Assembly: GCA_963840455.1 (NCBI GenBank)
Contig: CAWIYV010000009.1
Location: forward strand, 160,001 to 224,000
Reading direction: 5' to 3'
DNA: 64,000 nucleotides
Source of the DNA: Nitrospirota bacterium
Lineage (GTDB): Bacteria > Nitrospirota > UBA9217
Part shown: positions 1 to 9,483 of the stretch, one piece after another
How the letters are laid out: each line of letters starts with the position of its first letter
How positions within the stretch are numbered: position 1 is the first letter of the stretch
Translations under genes and position numbers: made by a program
The notes under the pieces: generated by a model
Seen by the model: only the letters and a program-made list of their open reading frames with translations
Databases searched by the model: none
What the model was told of the DNA's origin: nothing

Positions 1-2
1 AG

Positions 3-379
3 TGAATCCAGGAGCGAGCGCATCCCCCGCGGCTTGCCGCGGGGCCAGCGAGCGATTAGAATAAACACTACACTGAGGATCGAAGCTCCATGCCTCTTGC
101 TGTAGGGAGCTTAAATCCAGGAGCGAGCGCATCTCCCGCGGCTTGCTGCGGGGCCAGCGAGCGATTAGAATAAACACTACCCTGAGGATCGAAGCTCCAT
201 GCCTCTTGCTGTAGGGAGCTTAAATCCAGGAACGAGCGCATCTCCCGCGGCTTGCTGCGGGGCCAGCGAGCGATTAGCATAAACACTACCCTGAGGATCG
301 AAGCTCCATGCCTCTTGCTGTAGGGAGCTTAAATCCAGGAGCGAGCGCATTCCCCGTAGCCGGCCGCAGGGAGCTTCAA
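3..379 (+). mobile_element. Tandem array of three 109-bp copies plus one internally deleted copy of a two-hairpin PATE/MITE-like element (IS200/IS605-type ends)
   Basis: AATCCAGG recurs at 5, 114, 223 and 332 (period 109). Each unit has two TT-loop hairpins. The array ends in GGGAGCTTCAA, and TTCAA/TCAA is the IS608/ISDra2 right-end cleavage motif. Confidence 0.8.
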
Positions 380-407
380 TGTGTGCCCTGCGAGAGAGGC
401 CTTTTGC

Positions 408-429
408 TTCCGGCTTGTCCGGGTTAGGA
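408..429 (+). repeat. 22-bp dispersed repeat TTCCGGCTTGTCCGGGTTAGGA, copy 1
   Basis: Near-identical copies at 39084-39105 and 47142-47163. Confidence 0.75.
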
Positions 430-479
430 TATAATTGAGAGGTGACGGAACAGGGCGGGTGCAGCACGGGGAGGCAGGC

Positions 480-1199
480 ATGGACAAGGAACCCGAGGAT
501 CCGACGAATGACGACCTGGAGCGCGCGATCATCTCGAGGAGGGTCCTGCGGCTCGAGGAACGACTCGACCGGCTCGATGGAGGGTCTGCCGGGAGCGGAC
601 CGGCTCCCCATCCCGCCTGGCCTTTCGCGCTGGGATGCATTGCCGCAGTGTTCGGGTATCTGGGGATGGGCGCTCCGATGCATCCCTACCAGTATCTGTT
701 CTCCGGCCTGCTGCTGCTTCTGGCATACCACCGCGGGTCCCTGCGTCTGCCGAAAGGCGTCTGGCGAAGGCCGCAGGTGGCGGTGAACTTCCTGACACTG
801 TCCCAGTTCTTCATGATCGTGCTGGGAGGCGGCGTCCGGCATCCGCTTGCGTGGTTCAAGGCGCCCGCGGTCGTCAAGGATGCGCCGCCCGACGGCGGTT
901 CGTGGTACCGGGCGTTCGTACCCGATTACAATGTCCAATGGCATGGTATTCCGGGCCTCTCGGACTGGAGCGTCGATATCACGAAGGTGCAGGCGTTCCT
1001 TCTGATCGCGACGCTGGCCGGCTCCCTCTTCCGGTTCTCGGGGTTCGCGTCCATCACGGCCCTTGCCCTGCTCATCATCTCCATCCCGGTATATCTCTCC
1101 TTCACCTGGGACTGGGTGGTGCTGTTCCTGATTTGCGGCAGTATTTCCCTCTACCTTCAGGCGAGAGCGTCCGGTCCGCACGGCGCTGGTCGCTGGTGA
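480..1199 (+). CDS. Hypothetical multi-pass membrane protein
   Basis: GGGGAGG RBS before ATG 480; several hydrophobic segments; no family recognised. Confidence 0.7.
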   Translation: MDKEPEDPTNDDLERAIISRRVLRLEERLDRLDGGSAGSGPAPHPAWPFALGCIAAVFGYLGMGAPMHPYQYLFSGLLLLLAYHRGSLRLPKGVWRRPQVAVNFLTLSQFFMIVLGGGVRHPLAWFKAPAVVKDAPPDGGSWYRAFVPDYNVQWHGIPGLSDWSVDITKVQAFLLIATLAGSLFRFSGFASITALALLIISIPVYLSFTWDWVVLFLICGSISLYLQARASGPHGAGRW

Positions 1200-1256
1200 G
1201 CGTCCGGGCCTTGGCACTTTCCTTTTCCTCCCGTCTACGGTATCATAGTTGCCATC

Positions 1257-2411
1257 ATGGGTCGGCCGAACAAGAAGCCTTCACGTCGCGCCCCGGACAG
1301 CCTGGCTGACGATGTCGCGCGCCTCTCCAGCCTTCTCACAAAGGAGCGGGGACGCTTGCCCGCGGCATATCTCCGGGACCCGGGCCTGCGGACAGCTTAT
1401 CTCACCTACTTCCTGCCGCCGAACCTCGACAAGATCTCTGTCCCTCTCCGCGAGCTATCCCTTCATCCCGAGAAACCTCTCGAACAGGAGCGTCTTCAGG
1501 TCCTCGACCTCGGCTCCGGGCCCGGGACGGCCATACTCGGCATTCGGCAGTTCTTTGCGCGGAACAGGATGCGGATGCGCCTCGAATGCACTGCCGTCGA
1601 CCACGTTGCCGAGAACCTGAAGGATGCCGAGGTCCTCTTCCGCGAACAGGGCGGGGTCGCTGGAGTCCCGGCAACCCTCGCAACGGTCAGGTCGGACATC
1701 GAGGCCATTGCAGAGCGTTCGGGCGGCCCCTTCGACATCATCGTGCTCTCCAATGTGCTGAACGAGCTGTATCTCCGCGAAGAGGACAGGGCCAGGAAAC
1801 GGACCGCCCTCGTCGGGCGCATCCTGGAACACCTCCTCGCGCCTGCCGGCAGCTGCATCATCATCGAACCGGCGCTCCGGGAGACATCGCGGGACCTGCT
1901 CGCGGTCCGGGACGGTATCGTGGACGCGGGGTTCCGCGTGTATTCGCCCTGCCTGGTGCAGGGACACTGCCCCGCCCTGGCGAACCCGAAGGACTGGTGC
2001 CATGAGGACCGGCCCTGGGACCCGCCTGAGATCATCACAAAGATCGACAGCCGCATCGGCCTGCGGAAGGATTCGCTCAAGTTCTCCTATGTTGTCCTGC
2101 GGAAGGACGGCCGGACCCTGGCGGACACCTGTGGTCCCGGCTCGTTGCGCGTGGTGAGCGAGCCCCTCGTCTCCAAAGGCAAGCGCGAGCTGTATCTGTG
2201 CGGCAGGGAGGGGAGGCGTCTTGCGGTGCGGCTTGACAAGGACGCTGCTCCCGATAACGAAGCCTTCGCGCAGCTCTCGCGGGGAGACATCGTCCGCGTC
2301 GAGGGACTGGTCATCGAGGAAAAACGCTTTCGGATAACGAAGGATGCGAAGGTGGTCACAATAGCCGCTTTGCGGCAGGATGGGGCCGTCCGATCGCTCC
2401 GACCACGATGA
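1257..2411 (+). CDS. Rsm22/METTL17-family SAM-dependent methyltransferase-like protein
   Basis: VLDLGSGPGT SAM motif, IIEP, SPC-x5-CP-x7-WCH and KFSY motifs typical of Rsm22. Confidence 0.8.
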   Translation: MGRPNKKPSRRAPDSLADDVARLSSLLTKERGRLPAAYLRDPGLRTAYLTYFLPPNLDKISVPLRELSLHPEKPLEQERLQVLDLGSGPGTAILGIRQFFARNRMRMRLECTAVDHVAENLKDAEVLFREQGGVAGVPATLATVRSDIEAIAERSGGPFDIIVLSNVLNELYLREEDRARKRTALVGRILEHLLAPAGSCIIIEPALRETSRDLLAVRDGIVDAGFRVYSPCLVQGHCPALANPKDWCHEDRPWDPPEIITKIDSRIGLRKDSLKFSYVVLRKDGRTLADTCGPGSLRVVSEPLVSKGKRELYLCGREGRRLAVRLDKDAAPDNEAFAQLSRGDIVRVEGLVIEEKRFRITKDAKVVTIAALRQDGAVRSLRPR

Positions 2412-3115
2412 ACCTTATTCTCCTTCATCCCGACGATCTTGCGAACGCGTCACGCGCGCGGCTGACCGGCCGAAGGCTCAAGCATGTGCTCGAGGTCCAC
2501 CGCGCGAACCCCGGCGACCAGCTTGCCGTAGGGTTGCTTGGCGGCAAGATCGGTACGGGCACGGTGACGCTGATCGACCGCACGGTCCTGGAGATGGACG
2601 TCCTTTTGGACCGCGACCCGCCTGCCGGTCTGCCGCTCACGGTTATGCTCGCCCTGCCGAGGCCGAAGGTGCTCAGGAGGGTCCTGTATTCGCTTTCCGT
2701 ACTGGGCGTCAAGCGCATTATCCTGGTGAACGCCGCCCGCGTGGAGAAAAGCTACTGGCAGAGCCCGTTCCTTTCGCCTGAGGCGATCCGGCATCAAGTT
2801 ATCCTGGGACTGGAGCAGTCCCGCGACACGGTGCTGCCTGAGGTCATCCTCAAACCGCTGTTCAAGCCTTTCGTGGAGGACGAGCTTCCGGAGATCATGC
2901 ACGGGACACTGGCCCTCGCCGCACATCCGGGAGGAGGGGCACCCATTCCCCGCCAGGTCTCCAGTCCGGTCACGCTTGCCGTAGGTCCGGAAGGCGGCTT
3001 TGTGCCCTATGAGATCGATAAGCTCGTTTCGCGGGGATTCGCCATTGTCAGCCTGGGAGAGCGGGTCCTGAACGTGGAGACAGCGGTCCCTGCACTGATC
3101 TCGAGGATTTTCTGA
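2408..3115 (+). CDS. rsmE: 16S rRNA m3U1498 methyltransferase RsmE
   Basis: VGPEGGF and SLGERVLNVETA SPOUT motifs; ATGA overlap with the upstream gene. Confidence 0.92.
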   Translation: MNLILLHPDDLANASRARLTGRRLKHVLEVHRANPGDQLAVGLLGGKIGTGTVTLIDRTVLEMDVLLDRDPPAGLPLTVMLALPRPKVLRRVLYSLSVLGVKRIILVNAARVEKSYWQSPFLSPEAIRHQVILGLEQSRDTVLPEVILKPLFKPFVEDELPEIMHGTLALAAHPGGGAPIPRQVSSPVTLAVGPEGGFVPYEIDKLVSRGFAIVSLGERVLNVETAVPALISRIF

Positions 3116-3188
3116 CAGCGAACCTCCGACAGGTCATTTTCGGTCATAGATCGACCGGGCTTTTTTATTTGGTTCTTAATTAAATTCC

Positions 3189-3217
3189 TTGACAAAAAAC
3201 ATTTTTGTTGATAAACT
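3189..3217 (+). promoter_or_regulatory. Sigma70-like promoter upstream of the MtrC-like gene
   Basis: TTGACA-17 nt-TAAACT in an AT-rich intergenic region. Confidence 0.55.
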
Positions 3218-3223
3218 TTTTTA

Positions 3224-3269
3224 AATTTCAGCCATAATTCTACATAAAGTTTTAATTTCAGCTATAATT
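3224..3269 (+). promoter_or_regulatory. Direct repeat AATTTCAGCYATAATT x2 (30-bp spacing), candidate regulator site
   Basis: 15/16 identical copies at 3224 and 3254; the core recurs inverted at 9321-9329. Confidence 0.5.
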
Positions 3270-3645
3270 GTTTTTTAGGACAGTTCACGTAAGAACTTCG
3301 GTTGTTAGTTTCAGCGAGAATAACATTATCTCTGCATCGTTCAGGTGAAGAAGGTTCAATGCATCAATATTCGAGCCAGAAGCCAATAGATAGTGAATGC
3401 CGATCAGTAACATCGTTTCCCTCCATCCATTTCTTTATTCTCATAAGATTCTCGGTCGCCAACATACGAGCTTTCACTATCCCATGGAAAGGAGGCATAG
3501 AGAAAACCAGGCAGTTTGAAACTGGAACAAGTCTTGTGCTATAAAATCCTTGGATGTAGGGTAAGTTCTAGAAGGACAGAGCAGAAATACGGGTTCAAAC
3601 TTTCAAAAGTATTAAATCTGTAAAATATATGAGGAGGCAATAGTC

Positions 3646-5873
3646 ATGAAAGACAGGTTAATTCGAAGAATGTTTATGGTTGTTAATGTTGTTGATCGCT
3701 GTAATCGCAACCGGTGGTCTGATGATCGGCTGCTCGGGCGGACGGCGCAGCAGGTCCCGCAGGTCCCGCAGGCGCAGCCCGGTAGGCTGCAAACGCGACA
3801 CAAAGGCCGAGACATGCGTGCCTTTGCCGATGCCAGCGCAGCCGGCCTGGCACCGATACTCACGGCCATACATCCACATGTGACCGCTCCTACTCAAGCC
3901 GCTGTTACCGGTTTTGCTGTTGCGGCGTCAGGTGCTCTCAACAGCACCGGGACCTTTACCATCAGCTTTACTGCAGCGGGCCCGAATGGCGAAGATCTTG
4001 CTCTTAACACGCTCAGTGGGGGGCAGCGTCTGCCAACCTGGGGATCTTCGGGTTGCGTTGCCAAGCTTTCGGCAGGCGCCGGCGCAGGTGATGCGACAAA
4101 ATGGGTCAACTTTAACTATGGTGTGAATGATCGTAATCCAGCTTTTTTGACAAAATCTGGTAACAACCTATACGTATGTGGTTACGTTGCCCACGGGGAC
4201 CGTGGGTACGCTTAGCGCGTCTGGTTCCGGTTTCGTACCCACGTCCGTAAACTATGATCCGTCCGCTATGTGGCGTGTCGGAATTCAGATCAGTGCTGTT
4301 ACCGGCATTACAACGAGAAATTTGAATTACACCTATGAGTTCGTGCCCGATGGCATCCGTAGCGGCTGTTAGCAGCCGTGACATTGTAACGGAAGCGGCC
4401 TGCCGCGCGTGCCATGGCGATAATACGCTCGCCCATAGCCGCTACGCACCAAAGTATTGTCAGGTCTGCCATACCGAGGAAGTCCGGAGAAATGGCTTTA
4501 CTGTCGAGTTCCAGAATGTGGTACACAAGATCCATACGTCGCAAACGACGAGCGCTCTTAATGCGAGCGAAGTAACCTATCCTCAGGACATCCTCAACTG
4601 CAGAACTTGCCACAAGGGCGGTGCGCAAAGCGACAACTTTAAGAACGTGCCGACCATGCAGGCTTGCGGTTCCTGCCATACGACGGTGAACTTCGCAACC
4701 GGTGCAGGCCATTTAGCCGGTGCCCAGCCAACAAATGCTAACTGCGCTGGCTGTCACTCTCCCACTGCCATCGAAGGCTACCATGTGACCGACTACTCAA
4801 CCCCGAACAATCCGAGCGTTCCGACCGGTGCGGTGAACTTCAAGTACGTGATCAGCAGCGTGACGGTGACCAATACCACCCAGCCGTTGATCACCTTCGC
4901 CATCTTGTCGGGCGTGAATTCGGCGCCGACGACAACGGTTGTGTTCGACCTGTGCACCGCCGGCACAACGACGGTGATGACCGGCTTTACCGGCAGCCCG
5001 AGTTTCCTTGTCGCCTATGCGGACGGAACAGATACCTCTATCGACTTCAACAACAAGGGTAAGGCTTCCGCTCAGCCGGCTAGCGTGTCGATCCTCAATA
5101 TATGCGATGGCACCAAGGGCGTCATGACGGGCCCCTCTGTTACAACTGGTGAATACACCGCAAGAATCACCGAAGCAACTTCTGGTTTCCCCGTTGGCTC
5201 GAAACTGCGGACCATCGGCCTCCAGGGCTACTTCACCCAGGTGAGCCCGGCCCTTGCGCGCCATACACTGTCGGCCGTCAAGAATGTCACCGGTGATACT
5301 GTTCGCCGGACAGTGATCGACCCTGCAAAGTGCGGGGCCTGCCATGAGATGTTCGAAGGCCATGGCGGCAACCGCAACATCAGCGCAGAATCGACTGGAA
5401 TCAACATCTGCGTCCTGTGCCACAATCCGAATCTTTCGAGCAGCGGCACAACGGTCAATCTGACCCATCCGCAGGCGACCCAAAACATGAAGGACATGAT
5501 CCACAGTATCCATGCTGCAGGTGTGCGTACTACACCCTATACACACGCCCGTGCTAAGTCCGGCAGTAGTACGATTTATGACTGGAGCGACGTTACCTTC
5601 CCAGGCCAGCTGGATAAGTGCGAGACCTGCCACGCTCCCGGCACCTATGGCGCAATCCCCGCCGGAGCTCTGGAGACGACCGACAAGGTCGGTGCTGACG
5701 CCACGACGACATCGGAAGTGACCGCGCTTCGCAACACCGTACCGAACGCGTCTGACTTGGTGACGTCGCCGTTCACGTCGACTTGCATCGCTTGTCACGA
5801 CAGCACCTTGCCCACGGATCATATGATACTGCAGGGCGGTTGGATAAAAGGGGTTAGAACCCCAGCCCCATAG
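3646..5873 (+). pseudogene. OmcA/MtrC-family multiheme c-type cytochrome lipoprotein, frameshifted several times in 3650-4360 (pseudogene or sequencing error)
   Basis: GAGGAGG RBS before ATG 3646; lipobox LMIGC in another frame; 9 CxxCH motifs in ORF 4335-5873 with MtrC-like context (RDIV...C, VHKIH, MIHSIH); a tenth motif is recoverable at 3815-3831. Confidence 0.85.
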
Positions 5874-5916
5874 AATAATGATCCACGAACTGTGTATTTT
5901 CAGTTGCTGCTGATCC

Positions 5917-5949
5917 AAGGCGGACCCTTTTCAGGGTCCGCCTTTTTTT
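5917..5949 (+). terminator. Rho-independent terminator
   Basis: AAGGCGGACCCT/AGGGTCCGCCTT stem followed by a T-run. Confidence 0.85.
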
Positions 5950-6126
5950 ACTGCGTCCTATCAGGACGAGTCAATCATGCACAACAATGTTTCAGAAACT
6001 AGAGAAATCAGGATAATTTCATGCGGTCCGGCTGATCGGGTCCGCCATCATAAATGCCTTCGTAAACGGTGGAAGATGCTAATTATGCAGGAACAATTAT
6101 TTTAACCTTGGGGAGCGCCATCGAAC

Positions 6127-9123
6127 GTGATATCCAATATTCATAAGAGACCTCTTGCTGTTTTTCTATTCATTTTTACGCTATCCGGTTTCTCAGGGCT
6201 AATTTATGAATCTATATGGACTCATTACCTTAAACTGTTCCTCGGCCATGCAGCGTATGCCCAGACGCTGGTTCTGGGCATTTTCATGGGCGGCATGGCG
6301 CTCGGGTCCTGGGTCTGCAGCAGATATTCCGTGCGATGGAAGAACCTTCTCGTCGGCTATGCGCTGACGGAAGGCATAATCGGACTGTTTGCCCTGGGGT
6401 TTCACGCCTTTTTTGTTCTGACCGTTCAACTCTCCTACAACAGCATCATTCCTCAGTTCGGATCCCCCGCTGCTGCAAATGCATATAAATGGATAGTATC
6501 GGGCTTGCTGATTGCGCCACAGTCCGTGCTTCTGGGTATGACCTTTCCTTTAATGAGCGCCGGCGTTTTACGTGTGTGGCCCCAAAATCAGGGAAGAACC
6601 ATTTCGTTGCTCTATTTTACAAACAGTATAGGAGCGGCGGCAGGCGTGTTGGCCAGTGGATTCCTCTTCATCCGCCTTGTGGGTCTGCCGGGGACCATAC
6701 AGCTTGCCGGACTTATCAACCTATGCCTGGCCCTGTTTGTATGGCGGCTCGTAAAGCGACAGGATGCGCAAGCGATCAACAATAACGACTCAACGGATAA
6801 ACGGCTGACACAACCCACCGGCAACCAATATTTCTTATTTCTTTTTGCAGCGTTTATAACGGGGGCCGCGTCATTCATTTATGAGATCAGCTGGATAAGA
6901 ATGCTAAGCCTTGTAATGGGAAGCAGCACCCATGCCTTTGAACTAATGCTGAGCGCCTTTATTCTCGGTCTGGCATTCGGCGGTTTATGGATACAGCACT
7001 GGATAGACCGCATTGCGGTTCCTGCGCGTTATCTTGCCGCCGTCCAGGTCGTTATGGGGCTTTTCGCGTTGTCCACTCTTGCGCTGTACGGGACGACGTT
7101 CGATATAATGAGATGGCTCGTGAATACGATCGACAGGTCGAGCACAGGGTATATCCTGTTCAACCTATCCGGGAACGCAATTGCGCTGTTGATCATGCTG
7201 CCGGCGACGTTCTGTGCCGGGATGACCCTACCACTTATAACCTATGCACTGATAAAGCAAGGGCATGGCGAGCGGAGCATCGGGGCGGTTTATGCAGCCA
7301 ATACGATCGGAGCGATAGTCGGAGTTTTTTTCGCTATCCATGTGGGTTTGCCGATATTCGGTTTGAAGGGGCTTATTACGATCGGCGCAGGATGCGATAT
7401 TGCGCTCGGGATAATGCTTTTTTGGGTCGCGGCGGCTTATACGTCATCTCGCAAGCCGGCCATCATAACCGCTATCAGCGTCTGTGCCGTTGCAGCCGCT
7501 TTTTTTCTTTTCAATCTTGATCCCTATAAAATGGCTTCGGAGGTCTTTCGTACCGGGGAACTGATGACGCCGGCTGATATTGAATTCAAGTATTACCGGG
7601 ACGGCAAGACCGCCACGATAAGCACCTTTTTAGAAAGGCACACGGGCATTATGGCCATCAATACGAATGGCAAGACAGACGCGTCTATCAATATGGCGCT
7701 CAATGGAGTGCCGTCCGGAGATGAGCCGACAATGATCCTTGCGGCAGTCCTGCCCATGGCATTTTATCCGGATGCCAGGACCGTGGCAAACATCGGACTT
7801 GGTTCAGGCCTTACCACCCATACACTACTCGGCAATCCCCGGCTGCAGCGGGTCGATACCGTAGAAATCGAGGGATTCGTCGTCGAAGCGGCAAAATATT
7901 TTCGTCCCCGGGTAGAGCTTGTCTACACTGACCCTCGCAGCGCTATCTTCATTGATGACGCAAAGACCTTTTTCTCGGTTCATAAAGAAAAGTATGACAT
8001 TATTATATCGGAACCGTCAAATCCGTGGGTTAGCGGGGTATCCGGCCTTTTTTCGGAGGAGTTTTACCGCCGGCTCAAGCAGAATTTGACCGAAAATGGA
8101 TTATTTGTTCAATGGATCCATTTGTATGAAATAAATACCGATATTGTCATATCCGTTCTGAAGGCGGTGTCTCGCCATTTTTCCGATTTTGTCATATATG
8201 CGGCACACGATCGGGATATGCTCATCATTGCGAAGAAGAATGGACAGCTGGAGGACTTTGACCGCAGCGTATTTAAGCTCCCCGCGATAACAACCGCGCT
8301 CGAAAGAGTATATATCAAGGGCGTACAGGACATGGAATTGCGAAAGATAGGCAATAGGAAATTCCTGAACGCGATGATCGAGTCCTACCCTATACGCGCG
8401 AATTCGGACTATTACCCTGTTGTTGATCAGAGTGCGGCACGTGCGAGATTCCTGCAGTCAAATGCCTATGGTTTTCACAATCTTTCCAATAATCTGCTGC
8501 CTGCATTGGAAATGCTACAAGGATCCGGCCCGTCATGGACGACTACGGATGTTGCTTTTCCGTCTCTTTACGTTAAGTCGCAATCCATATTTACTGCCAT
8601 GGCTCTGCGTGACTACAGCCTCCATGGGAACTTCGGGCCGAGGTACGGAAATGTGCCTCGAAATGTTCAACAGCAAGCACTCGAATTTAGGAATTTATTT
8701 TATCAATGCCGCTCACAGTCGGACCGGATCGACAGACATGCCGGCCTTTTCAATGCATCGGTCAGCATGGTTCCCTATTTACGGCCTCAGGAATTGGAGG
8801 CTGTCTGGAAGAAAATGGAAGCTGGTCCCTGCGTCCGATCACTTTCGTCAGCAGAGAAAAATTGGATAGCCTTATTCAAGGCTATAGGCAGGCGCGATGC
8901 AGTAGCCATGGTCAGGGGGGCAAAGTCTGTCTTGGAGAACGAGCAAGGGCTGGGCGCGAGAGAATTGCAATTTCTCGTAGCTTCAGGAATGACGGGATCA
9001 CTGATGCAGGGGGACAAAGACGGATCTTTCAGATTATGGTCCGCTTACCGGTCGCAAATGTTCGCAAACGGTCAGCCCGATCTTTTGTTCCGTCTTTTGA
9101 CTGCCGAGAGCGCAACAAACTGA
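6127..9123 (+). CDS. Fused MFS-like membrane domain / spermidine synthase-like protein
   Basis: About 13 TM segments, then NGKTDAS, IGLGSGLT, VEIE, DDAKTF and YDIIISEPSNPW aminopropyltransferase-like motifs. Confidence 0.85.
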   Translation: MISNIHKRPLAVFLFIFTLSGFSGLIYESIWTHYLKLFLGHAAYAQTLVLGIFMGGMALGSWVCSRYSVRWKNLLVGYALTEGIIGLFALGFHAFFVLTVQLSYNSIIPQFGSPAAANAYKWIVSGLLIAPQSVLLGMTFPLMSAGVLRVWPQNQGRTISLLYFTNSIGAAAGVLASGFLFIRLVGLPGTIQLAGLINLCLALFVWRLVKRQDAQAINNNDSTDKRLTQPTGNQYFLFLFAAFITGAASFIYEISWIRMLSLVMGSSTHAFELMLSAFILGLAFGGLWIQHWIDRIAVPARYLAAVQVVMGLFALSTLALYGTTFDIMRWLVNTIDRSSTGYILFNLSGNAIALLIMLPATFCAGMTLPLITYALIKQGHGERSIGAVYAANTIGAIVGVFFAIHVGLPIFGLKGLITIGAGCDIALGIMLFWVAAAYTSSRKPAIITAISVCAVAAAFFLFNLDPYKMASEVFRTGELMTPADIEFKYYRDGKTATISTFLERHTGIMAINTNGKTDASINMALNGVPSGDEPTMILAAVLPMAFYPDARTVANIGLGSGLTTHTLLGNPRLQRVDTVEIEGFVVEAAKYFRPRVELVYTDPRSAIFIDDAKTFFSVHKEKYDIIISEPSNPWVSGVSGLFSEEFYRRLKQNLTENGLFVQWIHLYEINTDIVISVLKAVSRHFSDFVIYAAHDRDMLIIAKKNGQLEDFDRSVFKLPAITTALERVYIKGVQDMELRKIGNRKFLNAMIESYPIRANSDYYPVVDQSAARARFLQSNAYGFHNLSNNLLPALEMLQGSGPSWTTTDVAFPSLYVKSQSIFTAMALRDYSLHGNFGPRYGNVPRNVQQQALEFRNLFYQCRSQSDRIDRHAGLFNASVSMVPYLRPQELEAVWKKMEAGPCVRSLSSAEKNWIALFKAIGRRDAVAMVRGAKSVLENEQGLGARELQFLVASGMTGSLMQGDKDGSFRLWSAYRSQMFANGQPDLLFRLLTAESATN

Positions 9124-9280
9124 TAAAGTGTCAACTTTTGCACCCCGATATAAGATCTGAACCTGCTTCCGTAAAATCGTATTAGCAGGAATACTGGAGT
9201 GCCATCTATTCATGAGACGGCCTTTACGGATAAGGAGCATAAGGAACAGGAAGTATTAGTAGTTTCTTTAAATATATTGC

Positions 9281-9309
9281 TTGCAAAAACACATTAAGTG
9301 TTTTAGAAT
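9281..9309 (+). promoter_or_regulatory. Sigma70-like promoter with a palindromic operator in the spacer
   Basis: TTGCAA-17 nt-TAGAAT; AAAACAC-ATTAA-GTGTTTT inverted repeat at 9286-9304. Confidence 0.55.
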
Positions 9310-9483
9310 CTTTGGCCAACGGCTGAAATAAATCAATATTCATAAATGGATAGGAGGGATAAATTATCGACGCTCGAATCCATTGAAAAGAGCATCATAG
9401 AGCGAAAATAAGCTTTGCTCGATCGACCTACAATATAGTTAAAGAGCCCCAATAGGTAAACATTTAGAAGGGAGGGTGGAATT

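Noticed and set aside
3-379. CRISPR array
   Set aside because: Whole 109-bp units are near-identical, with no unique spacers and no cas genes in the window.
177-1217. Long antisense or alternate-frame ORFs (e.g. 177-1217, 18388-19755, 40667-42055, 42879-44240, 47195-48412, 61627-62826)
   Set aside because: Shadows of high-GC genes or translations of repeats, with no recognisable motifs.
3420-3645. Cyclic dinucleotide (GEMM) riboswitch upstream of the cytochrome gene
   Set aside because: A GAAA-containing segment is present, but I could not find the P1/P2 consensus. An Rfam scan would decide.
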